From: Gemmatimonadales bacterium
Lineage (GTDB): Bacteria; Gemmatimonadota; Gemmatimonadetes; Gemmatimonadales; GWC2-71-9
Direction of reading: 5' to 3'
Length of the DNA stretch: 64,000 nt
Assembly: GCA_050733195.1 (NCBI GenBank)
Contig: JBOHSH010000021.1
Location: forward strand, 14,387-78,386
Part shown: piece after piece, positions 16,835 through 25,230 of the stretch
How positions within the stretch are numbered: position 1 is the stretch's first letter
How the letters are laid out: each line of letters begins with the position of its first letter
Notes under the pieces: generated by a model
What the model saw: the letters and a program-made list of their open reading frames with translations, nothing else
Told to the model about the DNA's origin: nothing
Database searches by the model: none
Translations under genes and position numbers: made by a program

Positions 16835-18169
16835 TTGACAGAGATGACCGACTCCGTCCTCCTGGTTCACGACGATCCCGATCGGCTGCGGACGCTCGGT
16901 GCGCGGTTCGAGCAGCGAGGGAGCGAAGTGTTGCGGGAACTGACGCCGGACGCGGCGGTGGCCACGCTCGACCGCGCGCGGCCGGACGTCGTGCTCCTCG
17001 CGCGACACCTCGCCAAGGATGGCACGATCGGACGCCTGGCCGGGAGCGAAGCGCCGGTGATCGTGTTCGGCGAGGGCGACGGCGCGATCGAGCCGCTGAC
17101 CGCGGGCGCGGCGCTGGTCGTGGAGCCGGGGGACGACGATCTTCTGGTCACGCTCGCCTCCCGACACGCCGCACTCGGACGCCGGCGCCGGCTCGTCGAC
17201 GCGCTCGCCAGGATGAGCGCGCCGCGTCTCGGCCTCGAGGCGCTCGGAACCTCGAACGCGATGCGGCAGCTGGCGCATCAGCTCTCCCTGCTCGCCCAGA
17301 GCGAGCGCACGACGCTCCTCCTCACCGGCGAGAGCGGGGTCGGGAAGGCCTGGGCCGCCCGGGTGATCCACGGGCTCGGCACCCGGACCGCGGGACCTTT
17401 CCTCGAAGTTCGGCTCACGGGGCAGAACCCGACCTACCTGGACTCGCTGCTCTTCGGTCACGAGAAGGCCGCGTTCGTCGAAGCCACCGAGCGGCGGCGA
17501 GGACTGATCGAGCTGGCCGACGGCGGCACGCTTCTGCTGCGGGAGATCGCCGACCTTCCCGCCGAGCTGCAGCCGAAGCTGCTCAAGGTGCTGGAGACGC
17601 GATCCTACCGGCGTCTCGGGGGGACCCAGGATCTCACCGTGGACACGAGGTTGATGGTCTCCACGCGGCGGGATCTCGGCGTGCTCGTCGAGACGGAGCG
17701 GTTCCGGCAGGATCTCTTCTACCGGCTGAGTGTGGTTTCCCTCGCGATTCCCGCGCTCCGGGAGCGAACCCAGGAGGATCGTCTGACCCTCGTGAACGCG
17801 GTGCACGGCAGTCTCCGCACCGTGCATCCGGAGGGCCCGGCGGCGATCTCCGGCGAAGCGATGGAGCGGCTGCTCACCTACGCCTGGCCCGGCAACGCGC
17901 GCGAGGTCGAGGGCGTGCTGGACCGGTGCATGGTGCTGGCGCGGGGACAGCTCGCCGTGAACGTCGAGCACCTCCCGGGAGAGTTCCGGGCCCGTCCCGG
18001 TCTCGGGGACCGCCGGCACACCCCGATGAGCCTCGACGATCTCGAGCACCAGCACATCGAGCGGACGCTCCGGTACCACGGCGGCAACCGCACGCGTGCC
18101 GCGAAGGAGCTCGGCATCTCGCGCGCCACGCTGATCAACAAGATCAAGCTCTACAGCATCACCGACTGA
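16835..18169 (+). CDS. Sigma-54-activator-like (bEBP/NtrC family) regulator with degenerate receiver, GAFTGA and Walker B motifs
   Basis: AAA+ core LLLTGESGVGKAWAARVIH, FRQDLFYRLSV, WPGNAREVE, and a C-terminal Fis-type HTH RAAKELGISRATLINKIK. The key motifs are altered; see the finding for this gene. A TTG start lies at 16835 and an ATG at 16844. Confidence 0.8.
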   Translation: MTEMTDSVLLVHDDPDRLRTLGARFEQRGSEVLRELTPDAAVATLDRARPDVVLLARHLAKDGTIGRLAGSEAPVIVFGEGDGAIEPLTAGAALVVEPGDDDLLVTLASRHAALGRRRRLVDALARMSAPRLGLEALGTSNAMRQLAHQLSLLAQSERTTLLLTGESGVGKAWAARVIHGLGTRTAGPFLEVRLTGQNPTYLDSLLFGHEKAAFVEATERRRGLIELADGGTLLLREIADLPAELQPKLLKVLETRSYRRLGGTQDLTVDTRLMVSTRRDLGVLVETERFRQDLFYRLSVVSLAIPALRERTQEDRLTLVNAVHGSLRTVHPEGPAAISGEAMERLLTYAWPGNAREVEGVLDRCMVLARGQLAVNVEHLPGEFRARPGLGDRRHTPMSLDDLEHQHIERTLRYHGGNRTRAAKELGISRATLINKIKLYSITD

Positions 18170-18173
18170 CGAC

Positions 18174-18380
18174 ATGCCCGGCCCCACGCCTCCCCATCAT
18201 CCTCCCGCCACCGACGTCATGGAGTGCCGCGCCTGCGGCCGGCAGGAGCGCGCGTCGGAGGGCTATCCCTGCACGAGCTGCGGAACCTTCATCTGCATCA
18301 TCTGCAACTTCCGGGGGGTGACCCTGTGCCGGAACTGCTCGGCCGCGGCGCCGCCGGGGTCGTCCAGTCCGCCCTCGTGA
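18174..18380 (+). CDS. Small cysteine-rich zinc-ribbon protein (four CxxC pairs)
   Basis: MECRACG..PCTSCGTFICIICNFRGVTLCRNC. It starts 4 nt after the upstream stop and its TGA overlaps the GTG of the next gene (GTGA). GC3-rich codon usage. The true start may be the internal ATG at 18219. Confidence 0.55.
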   Translation: MPGPTPPHHPPATDVMECRACGRQERASEGYPCTSCGTFICIICNFRGVTLCRNCSAAAPPGSSSPPS

Positions 18381-19153
18381 CCGCCGTTCTGGGCCGCGCC
18401 GCCGTCACGCCGGTCCTCGCGGCACCCGATCCCCGATCCGAACAAGTCACGCAGCTCCTGCTCGGCGAGGGGGCGGACCAGCTCGCCCGGGAGGGCGATT
18501 GGCACCGGGTGCGACTCCGGCGCGACGGCTACGAAGGATGGGCGCACGCCGGTTACCTGCGAGCGTGTCCGACTGCCGAAGCCGACCGGTGGCAGCAGGA
18601 GTCCTGGTGGAGCGCTGGGGCGATGCTCACGGTCGACGGCCACATGCTGCCCCTCGATCCCGGCAGCCGCGTGCTGCCCCTCGCGGAAGGGTCGGTCGAG
18701 CTGCCGGACGGGAGGCATGCGACCGTCGCGTCGGGGTCGGTCGGCCCGCCCGAGCGCATGATCGCCGAGTCGCGCCGCGAGCGGGCGGAGGAGTGGGCGC
18801 TGTCCCGGTTCGCCGGAGCACCGTACCAGTGGGGCGGGATGACCCCGCGCGGCGTCGATTGCTCGGGGCTCGTGCAGATGACGTTTCTGCTGCGCGGCGT
18901 GTCGCTGCCGCGTGATGCCCGGGACCAGGCCGAGAGCGGCCGCGCGGTGATCCCGGACGCCGTGGCCCCCTCGGATCTCCTCTTCTTCGCCGAGCGGGAA
19001 GGCCGCATCGCGCACGTCGCCTTCGCCTCCGCGACCGGTGGGCTCGTCCATGCGACCCTCGCCTGCGGCGGCGTCCTCGCGGAGCCATGGGGACCCGGAA
19101 CGCGGGCCGAGTCGCTTCGCGCGCGGCTGGTGGCCGCGCGCCGGATCGAGTGA
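18377..19153 (+). CDS. SH3b + NlpC/P60 cell-wall peptidase (YkfC-like gamma-D-Glu-L-diamino acid endopeptidase family)
   Basis: ORF 18224..19153 trimmed to the GTG at 18377. SH3b-like TQLLLGEGADQLAREGDWHRVRL..GYEGWAHAGYL. Catalytic region APYQWGGMTPRGVDCSGLVQMTF...IAHVAF...LVHAT (Cys/His). Confidence 0.8.
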   Translation: MTAVLGRAAVTPVLAAPDPRSEQVTQLLLGEGADQLAREGDWHRVRLRRDGYEGWAHAGYLRACPTAEADRWQQESWWSAGAMLTVDGHMLPLDPGSRVLPLAEGSVELPDGRHATVASGSVGPPERMIAESRRERAEEWALSRFAGAPYQWGGMTPRGVDCSGLVQMTFLLRGVSLPRDARDQAESGRAVIPDAVAPSDLLFFAEREGRIAHVAFASATGGLVHATLACGGVLAEPWGPGTRAESLRARLVAARRIE

Positions 19154-19860
19154 TGCCCCGACGCCTCGTGCTCTTCGACATCGACGGGACGCTTCTGCTC
19201 TCGGCGGGCGCGGGGCGGCGGGCCATCCTCGCCGCGCTCGCCGACCACGTCGCCGATTTCGAGACCCTCACGAAGGTCCGCTTCGACGGAAAGACCGATC
19301 CGCAGATCGTGACGGAGCTGCTGGCGGCGGCCGGCGACCCCGAGCCCGAGGAGCCCGGACGGATCACCCGCGTCCTGCAGCGCTACGTCGAGCTTCTGGA
19401 GCGCGACCTGGCCCTGAACGGTCATCGCGCCGCCACCATGCCGGGCGTGCCCGAGCTGCTCGACCTGCTCGAGGGCGACGACGCGCTGATCGGCCTGCTC
19501 ACCGGCAACGTCGTGCCCGGCGCCAGGCTCAAGCTCGCCGCGGTGCGGATCGATCCCGACCGCTTCCGCGTCGGCGCGTTCGGCTCGGATCACGCGCGCC
19601 GGTTCGAGCTGCCGCCCATTGCGGCCCGCCGAGCGGAGCCGTTCTTCGGCCGGGTGCCCTCCGGCGCGGAGGTCGTCATTATCGGCGATACGCCGGACGA
19701 CGTCTGTTGCGCGGCCTCCATCGGTGCCCGCACCGTCGGCGTGGCCACCGGCGCGTATTCGGAGGCGGAGCTCCGCGACGCCGGCGCGAGCGTCGTGCTC
19801 CCGGATTTCCGGGACGTCCCCGCCGCCCGCCGCGCCATTCTCGACGGAGACGGCCGGTGA
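19153..19860 (+). CDS. HAD-superfamily hydrolase (phosphoglycolate-phosphatase-like)
   Basis: ORF 19087..19860 trimmed to the ATG at 19153 (TGATG overlap). Motif I LFDIDGTLL, then LLTGN and IIGDTPDDV. Confidence 0.8.
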   Translation: MPRRLVLFDIDGTLLLSAGAGRRAILAALADHVADFETLTKVRFDGKTDPQIVTELLAAAGDPEPEEPGRITRVLQRYVELLERDLALNGHRAATMPGVPELLDLLEGDDALIGLLTGNVVPGARLKLAAVRIDPDRFRVGAFGSDHARRFELPPIAARRAEPFFGRVPSGAEVVIIGDTPDDVCCAASIGARTVGVATGAYSEAELRDAGASVVLPDFRDVPAARRAILDGDGR

Positions 19861-20588
19861 GCCGCGCCGCCGAACGCACGCCGGCGAGCGGCGCGGCGGA
19901 CACCGACCTCCCGGAGATCGGGCCCCTCCTGGGCGGCCTCGTGACGCCCACACCCGAGCACGTCACGACCGTTCCCGGGCTCGACGAGGTCCGGCTCGGG
20001 CTCGTGGCCAACGTGATCGAGCGCGCGGGAGAGGCGCGACGGAGCCTCGCGGGCGGGGACGGCGCGGGCGCCGAGCGGGCGCTGGGACCGGAGTCCTGGC
20101 TCCCGCCATGGGAGAGGGCGGTGGAAGCGGCGGCCGTGCGGGTTATGGGCGAGATCGAGGCCCGGCTGCGCGACGCCGCACTGCTCTCGCGCCTGCCGCG
20201 AAGGCGGCTCACCCTGGCGCTGCCATCCGAGGAAGACCGGCGGGTGCTCGCCGCCCGGCTTGCCGCCACGGGCATCGATCTGGAGGATGCGGTCCGCCGA
20301 CTGGCGGGAGCGCCGGAAAGTCCGGCATCGGCGCTCCGGCGACTCGGCGGACAGCAGGAGCTCGCGTGGGCCGGACTTGCGGCGGTCGTCTCGGCCGAGC
20401 TCGCGCTGTGGGAGCCGCGCATCGCCGAGGTTCGAGCATGGCGGCGGCCGTGGGGGCCGTTCCTCGCCGGGGTGGGCCTCGCGGCGGCGCTGGCCGCGTG
20501 GCTCGGTCTCGTGCTCGGAGGCTATCTCCCGGTCCCGCGCTGGATGCGTCCGCTCGCCGAATGGGCCTGGAGCACCGGATGGCTCTGA
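19857..20588 (+). CDS. Hypothetical protein with C-terminal transmembrane helix
   Basis: The in-frame tail of ORF 19038..20588 from the GTG at 19857 (GTGA overlap with the HAD stop). Helical Ala/Arg/Leu-rich sequence ending in FLAGVGLAAALAAWLGLVLGGYL. I recognise no family. Confidence 0.5.
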   Translation: MSRAAERTPASGAADTDLPEIGPLLGGLVTPTPEHVTTVPGLDEVRLGLVANVIERAGEARRSLAGGDGAGAERALGPESWLPPWERAVEAAAVRVMGEIEARLRDAALLSRLPRRRLTLALPSEEDRRVLAARLAATGIDLEDAVRRLAGAPESPASALRRLGGQQELAWAGLAAVVSAELALWEPRIAEVRAWRRPWGPFLAGVGLAAALAAWLGLVLGGYLPVPRWMRPLAEWAWSTGWL

Positions 20589-20962
20589 TCGGCGTGGGTA
20601 TCGATCTCGTCGAAGTCGCCGACGCCGATCGGCTGCTGGTGCGCTGGGGCGAGCGCCTGCTGGCCAAGGTGCTCACCTCGGACGAACGGGAGTACGTCCT
20701 GAGCCACGAGTTTCCCGAGAAGCACATCGCGGTGCGGCTCGCCGCAAAGGAGGCTGTCTACAAGGCCCTCGCCCCGCTGCCCGATGCCCGCGGCGTCGGC
20801 TGGAGGGATATCGAGGTCGTCCGGGCCCTCGACGGGCATCCCTCCGTCCGCCTCCACGGTCTCGCCGCCCGGATCCAGCAGCGGGACGGCCCGTTTCGGA
20901 TCTCGCTGTCCCTCTCGCATACCTCGCAGACGGCGGGGGCAGTTGCCGTCATCGAGCGTTGA
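20579..20962 (+). CDS. acpS: Holo-[acyl-carrier-protein] synthase
   Basis: MALIGVGIDLVEVADADRL...ERE...FAAKEAVYKAL...ISLSHT...A.AVAVIE pattern. The ATG at 20579 overlaps the upstream gene by 10 nt. Confidence 0.85.
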   Translation: MALIGVGIDLVEVADADRLLVRWGERLLAKVLTSDEREYVLSHEFPEKHIAVRLAAKEAVYKALAPLPDARGVGWRDIEVVRALDGHPSVRLHGLAARIQQRDGPFRISLSLSHTSQTAGAVAVIER

Positions 20963-20984
20963 CGCTGACGGTTGACGGTTGGCG
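20958..20984. repeat. GTTGACG heptamer array (4 units, one of them 6 nt)
   Basis: GTTGACG CTGACG GTTGACG GTTGGCG. The acpS stop codon TGA is inside the first unit. Confidence 0.85.
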
Positions 20985-21044
20985 GGGGCTGGCGGGGTTC
21001 GTGCAGCAGGCGCTCTAGGAATTCCGACGATTCGACTCTAGTTT

Positions 21045-23258
21045 TTGGCCCCGATGCCAGCAAGCTTGTTGAGAACAATTCTCAACGGCGCGCCCTCGCG
21101 CCCTCCCATCCCTTCGGCCGGGTCGAGGCAAGTCACCGCCCGGGCTGCGGTTGGAGCCGCATGTCTCCTCGTCCTTGTGGCCGGGATCGCCCCTCGGCTC
21201 TTGGCTCAGGACGTCGCGGCCACCGCCCGTCGAGTGGCGGCGACGGCCCAGCTGGCGGCGCAGGAATACGCCCTCGGAGTGCGGGAAGGTCGCGTCGTCG
21301 CAGCACCGGAGGTCGAGGAATCCCGCCTGTTCCTGGAGGAGGCTCGCCGGGTCGCGGCCAGGCTTCCGGCTTCGGCGGCCGGCCGCACGTCCGCCGCGCT
21401 CGACTCCATCGTGACCCTCGTCGAGCGCATCGCCGATCCGGCGGTCGTTTCGCGAAGCGTGAGCGGGATGCTGGAGCGGCTGTCGACCGACCTCGGCATT
21501 ACCCTCGACGAGATCCCGGCCGACGCTCCGTCGCTCGCGCGGGGCCGCCAGGTGTATCAGGCCTCCTGCGCGTCGTGTCACGGCACCGCTGGCCGCGGCG
21601 ATGGTCCGGCCGGCCGGGGTCTCGATCCCCCTGCCGCCAACCTTGCCGATGCCGCGGGACTCCGCGCGAGCTCGCCGCTCGATTTCTACCGGCGCGTGAC
21701 GATCGGCGTCGCCGGCACCTCGATGGCGTCGTACGAATCGGCGCTTTCCGCCGAAGATCGCTGGGCCGTGGCGCTCTATGCGTCGGTGCTCCGGCTTCCG
21801 CGGCCGGTGGGCGGCGTGCCGGATTCGCTTCGACAGTTCGCCGCCACCGCACGCATGAGCGACGCCGAGGTGCTCGCCGCGCTGGGGCCGGGGACGACCG
21901 AAGGGGGCCTGGCGGCCGTGCGGACGTTCCAGTCTCCGGGACCGGGGAGGGTCGCCATCGCCGACGTGTTCGCTACTGTTCGGCGGCGGGTCGACAGCGC
22001 GTACGAGCTGGCCCTCGATGGACGTCGGGACGAGGCGCGCTCGGCCGCGCTCGACGCGTACATGGCCTTCGAGGCCGTGGAGCGGGACCTCCGGGTGAAG
22101 AACTCGACGCTCACGGTGCATCTCGAGGAGGCCTTCTCGTCGCTCCGGACCCGGGCGGGGACCGGTGCCTCGCCGGAGCAGCTGCGCGAGGTCCGCCAGG
22201 AGCTGGCGCGCGCCCTCGAGCGCGCCGAGCGCACGGTCGGCGACCGGCTCTCGCCGCTCGGACTCTTCGGGCAGTCGCTGGTGATCCTGATCCGCGAAGG
22301 ACTGGAGGCGATCCTGGTCATCGGCGCGCTGATGGCCTTCCTGGTGAAGAGCGGCAACAGCCACAGACGCCGGGACATCCACCTCGGCGTGGGCGCGGCC
22401 ATCGCGCTCAGCATCGTCACCGCGATCGGGCTCGAGACGCTCTTCGCGCTCTCCCCGGCGCGACAGGAGACGCTCGAGGGCGTGGTGATGCTCGTCGCCA
22501 CGGCCACGCTCTTCTACGTGAGCTACTGGCTGCTCTCGAAGATCGAGGTCGCGAAGTGGAACCGCTTCGTGAAGGGGCGGATGCAGCAGGCGCTGGGGAA
22601 GGGCTCGGCGCTGGCGCTCGCCTCGGTCGCGTTCCTCGCCGTGTATCGCGAGGGCTTCGAGACGGTGCTGTTCTACAAGGCCCTCGCCGTGTCCGGCGGC
22701 GGCGCGGGGCTCGGGCCGATCGCGCTCGGCGTCGCGATCGGCGGCACGGTGCTGGCCGGAGTGTACGTCGCCGTCAACCGATTCGGCGTGCGGCTGCCGC
22801 TCAAGCCTCTCTTCGGCGTGACGAGCGGTCTCCTCTACTACATGGCGATCGTCTTCGCCGGGCAGGGCATCGCAGAGCTGCAGGAGGGCGGCGTGGTCCC
22901 GCTCACCCCCGTCGCGTGGATCCCGCGGGTGCCCACGCTCGGCCTTTATCCGACGGTGGAGTCCCTGGTCGCGCAGGCGCTGCTGCTCATCCTCGCGCTC
23001 GCGGCAGTGGTCTGGATCTTCGTGATCGAGCCCAGGCGGCTCGCCGTGACCCCGGTGCTGGTGCCGGAAGCACAGGCGACGGTACAGCGTGCCGCCCCCG
23101 GACGCCGCGGGGAGAAGCGGGACACCGATCTCCTCCGCTCGATCGAGCGCATCGAGGCGGACCTCGCGGAAGTGCGCGCGGAGCTCGAGCGGATGAAGGA
23201 CCGGGTGGAGACCGGACGCACCGACGGTCAGACGGACCGGCGGACCGGCCCGTCCTGA
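21045..23258 (+). CDS. Cytochrome c-fused FTR1-family high-affinity iron permease
   Basis: Heme motif QASCASCHGTAGRGDG in the N-terminal periplasmic part. FTR1 REXXE motifs REGLEAILVIGALMAF and YREGFETVLFY. Multiple TM helices and a coiled-coil tail. Start is TTG at 21045 or ATG at 21054. Confidence 0.8.
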   Translation: MAPMPASLLRTILNGAPSRPPIPSAGSRQVTARAAVGAACLLVLVAGIAPRLLAQDVAATARRVAATAQLAAQEYALGVREGRVVAAPEVEESRLFLEEARRVAARLPASAAGRTSAALDSIVTLVERIADPAVVSRSVSGMLERLSTDLGITLDEIPADAPSLARGRQVYQASCASCHGTAGRGDGPAGRGLDPPAANLADAAGLRASSPLDFYRRVTIGVAGTSMASYESALSAEDRWAVALYASVLRLPRPVGGVPDSLRQFAATARMSDAEVLAALGPGTTEGGLAAVRTFQSPGPGRVAIADVFATVRRRVDSAYELALDGRRDEARSAALDAYMAFEAVERDLRVKNSTLTVHLEEAFSSLRTRAGTGASPEQLREVRQELARALERAERTVGDRLSPLGLFGQSLVILIREGLEAILVIGALMAFLVKSGNSHRRRDIHLGVGAAIALSIVTAIGLETLFALSPARQETLEGVVMLVATATLFYVSYWLLSKIEVAKWNRFVKGRMQQALGKGSALALASVAFLAVYREGFETVLFYKALAVSGGGAGLGPIALGVAIGGTVLAGVYVAVNRFGVRLPLKPLFGVTSGLLYYMAIVFAGQGIAELQEGGVVPLTPVAWIPRVPTLGLYPTVESLVAQALLLILALAAVVWIFVIEPRRLAVTPVLVPEAQATVQRAAPGRRGEKRDTDLLRSIERIEADLAEVRAELERMKDRVETGRTDGQTDRRTGPS

Positions 23259-23264
23259 GCCCCG

Positions 23265-24095
23265 CTACTTCTTTGCCCGGGCGCCGAGATACGGGCCCGG
23301 CGCCAGCTTCGACCTCCACAGCACCAGCAGTGCGACGCCGAGCGCCGTCACTCCCAGTGCCGTGAGCTGGGCGGCCGTGATCGGTCCGAACACGTAGTCG
23401 CTCTTGGCCCGCAGGAACTCCACGAGGAACCGCTCGGCTCCCGCCAGCACCAGATAAAGCGCGAAGAGCCAGCCGGTGCCGCGGCCATGCTCGCGGAGGC
23501 GCCAGAGCAGCATGAAGACGCCGAGCATCACCACCGCCTCGTAGAGCTGCGTCGGATGGACGGCGAGCACGGTCTCGGGCGTGGATCCGGCCGTCATGGG
23601 AATGCCGTACTCCCGTGCCATGACACCGGCGGTGGACGGCGGGAGCCCCTGCGGGAACTGCACCGCCCAGGGGAGGCTCGACGGCCGGCCGTAGTCGTCG
23701 CCCACGAGGAAGCATCCGATGCGGCCGAGCGCGTACGCCGCGGCGAGGGCGGGCGAGGCGAAGTCGCAGGTCCACCGGAGCGGCACCTTGAGCCGGGCCC
23801 CGTTCCCGAGCACGGCGATCGCGCCCCCGAGGAAGCCGCCGTACCAGACGAGCCCCCCGCGCTCGAACAGCGTCCCGGCGTCCCCGGTCTGCGCGACATA
23901 CCAGAGTTTCGCGCCGACGATGCCGCCGATCACCGCGGCCACGGTGATGTCGGCCGCGTACTCGTGATTCCAGCCGCGACGCCGCAGCTCCCGATCGATC
24001 AGCCAGCCTCCCATGAGGAAGCCGACCATCATCATGATCCCGTAGCCGGTGATGTTGAGGCCGAGGATCTGGAGGTTGAAGGGGTAGACAGTCAC
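23265..24095 (-). CDS. lgt: Prolipoprotein diacylglyceryl transferase
   Basis: YGIMMMVGFLMGGWL, GGIVGAKLWYV, GLVWYGGFLGG, GRIGCFLVGDDYGRPSSLPWAV.FP and HPTQLYE are classic Lgt blocks. GTG start. Confidence 0.9.
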   Translation of the reverse strand: MTVYPFNLQILGLNITGYGIMMMVGFLMGGWLIDRELRRRGWNHEYAADITVAAVIGGIVGAKLWYVAQTGDAGTLFERGGLVWYGGFLGGAIAVLGNGARLKVPLRWTCDFASPALAAAYALGRIGCFLVGDDYGRPSSLPWAVQFPQGLPPSTAGVMAREYGIPMTAGSTPETVLAVHPTQLYEAVVMLGVFMLLWRLREHGRGTGWLFALYLVLAGAERFLVEFLRAKSDYVFGPITAAQLTALGVTALGVALLVLWRSKLAPGPYLGARAKK

Positions 24096-24097
24096 TG

Positions 24098-24139
24098 GGG
24101 TTCTGGGTTCTGAGTTCTGGGTTCTGGGTTCTGGGTTTT
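24098..24139. repeat. GGGTTCT heptamer array (6 units)
   Basis: GGGTTCT GGGTTCT GAGTTCT GGGTTCT GGGTTCT GGGTTTT, starting 3 nt from the lgt start codon. There is no complementary arm at this locus. Confidence 0.95.
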
Positions 24140-24163
24140 GTGAGCCGGTAAGCTAACCTGCGG

Positions 24164-24203
24164 GCTCCCTAGCTCCCTAGCTCCCTAGCTCCCTAGCTCC
24201 CTA
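24164..24203. repeat. GCTCCCTA octamer array (5 units)
   Basis: Five perfect units. On the minus strand they read TAGGGAGC. The array straddles the tsaD stop (24193-24195) and encodes its last residues, GLGS. Confidence 0.95.
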
Positions 24204-25230
24204 ACCCCGGGAGCGGCCCGCTGTCGAACGGCTCCAGGTCCCAGCCGCTGCGCTCCCCGCGGGCCAGGCGCCAGGCGCCGGCGGCGGCGATCATGGCGGC
24301 GTTATCGGTGTTGAGCCGGGGTGACGCGACTGCCACCCGGGCCACCCCGTCGAGTCGGGCCCGGAGCGCCTCCGCGAGCGCGCGGTTGCAGGCGACCCCG
24401 CCGCCGATCATGGCGATGGGCCGGCCGAGCTCCTCGGTGGCGCGGGCCGTTTTCTCGACGAGGACTTCGAGGGCGGCGTCCTGGAAGTCGCGGGCGAGGT
24501 CGGCGCGATCGCGCTCGATGTCGTCGCTGGCGCGCACCGCTCGAAGCACCGCGGTCTTGAGACCGCTGAAGGAGAAGGCCCAGCGATCGTCGCCGTGGCC
24601 ATCCAGAGTCCTGAGCATGGAGCGGGGGAACCGGAAGCGCCCGGGCCTGCCCAGCGCCGCGAGGCGCTCGAGGGCGGCGCCCGCGGGGTAGTCGAGCCCG
24701 AGCAGCGTCCCGACCTTGTCGAATGCCTCACCCGCCGCGTCGTCGAGCGTCTGGCCGAGGAGGCGATAGCGGCCCCATTCCGGGACATCGAGCAGCAGGG
24801 TATGGCCGCCGCTCACGAGGAGCGCGACGAACGGCGGGACGAGCCCGTCGTCCTCGAGGGTCGGCGCGAAGAGATGGCCCTCGAGGTGATGCACGCCGAC
24901 GAGCGGCTTGTCGAGGGCGAAGGCGAGACCCTTGGCGTACATGAGGCCGACCAGGAGCGCGCCCACGAGGCCCGGCCCCGCGGTGACGGCGAACCCGGTG
25001 AGGTCATCGAGCGCGATCCCGGCTTCCGCGAGGGCGCGATCGGCCACCGGGCCGATGGTCCGGAGGTGCTCGCGGCTCGCGAGCTCCGGCACCACGCCGC
25101 CGAACACCCGATGGACGTCCTGGGACAGGATCACGAGGCTCTCGAGAACGGGTCGGCCGTCCTCGATGCTGAGGACGGCCGCCGAAGTCTCGTCGCAGCT
25201 CGTTTCGATTCCGAGAACGCGCTCAGCCAC
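24193..25230 (-). CDS. tsaD: tRNA N6-adenosine threonylcarbamoyltransferase
   Basis: VLGIETSCDETSAAV..., HH.EGH, LLVSGGHT and GGGVACN are Kae1/TsaD signature blocks. Confidence 0.9.
   Translation of the reverse strand: MAERVLGIETSCDETSAAVLSIEDGRPVLESLVILSQDVHRVFGGVVPELASREHLRTIGPVADRALAEAGIALDDLTGFAVTAGPGLVGALLVGLMYAKGLAFALDKPLVGVHHLEGHLFAPTLEDDGLVPPFVALLVSGGHTLLLDVPEWGRYRLLGQTLDDAAGEAFDKVGTLLGLDYPAGAALERLAALGRPGRFRFPRSMLRTLDGHGDDRWAFSFSGLKTAVLRAVRASDDIERDRADLARDFQDAALEVLVEKTARATEELGRPIAMIGGGVACNRALAEALRARLDGVARVAVASPRLNTDNAAMIAAAGAWRLARGERSGWDLEPFDSGPLPGLGS

Noticed and set aside
13849-18321. 1490-aa plus-strand ORF, the longest in the track
   Set aside because: The translation is monotonous Arg/Pro/Gly/Ala with no recognisable domain. 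It runs out of frame across tamB, the lipid kinase gene and the activator gene, all of which have clear family signatures in other frames. This is a typical shadow ORF of GC-rich DNA.
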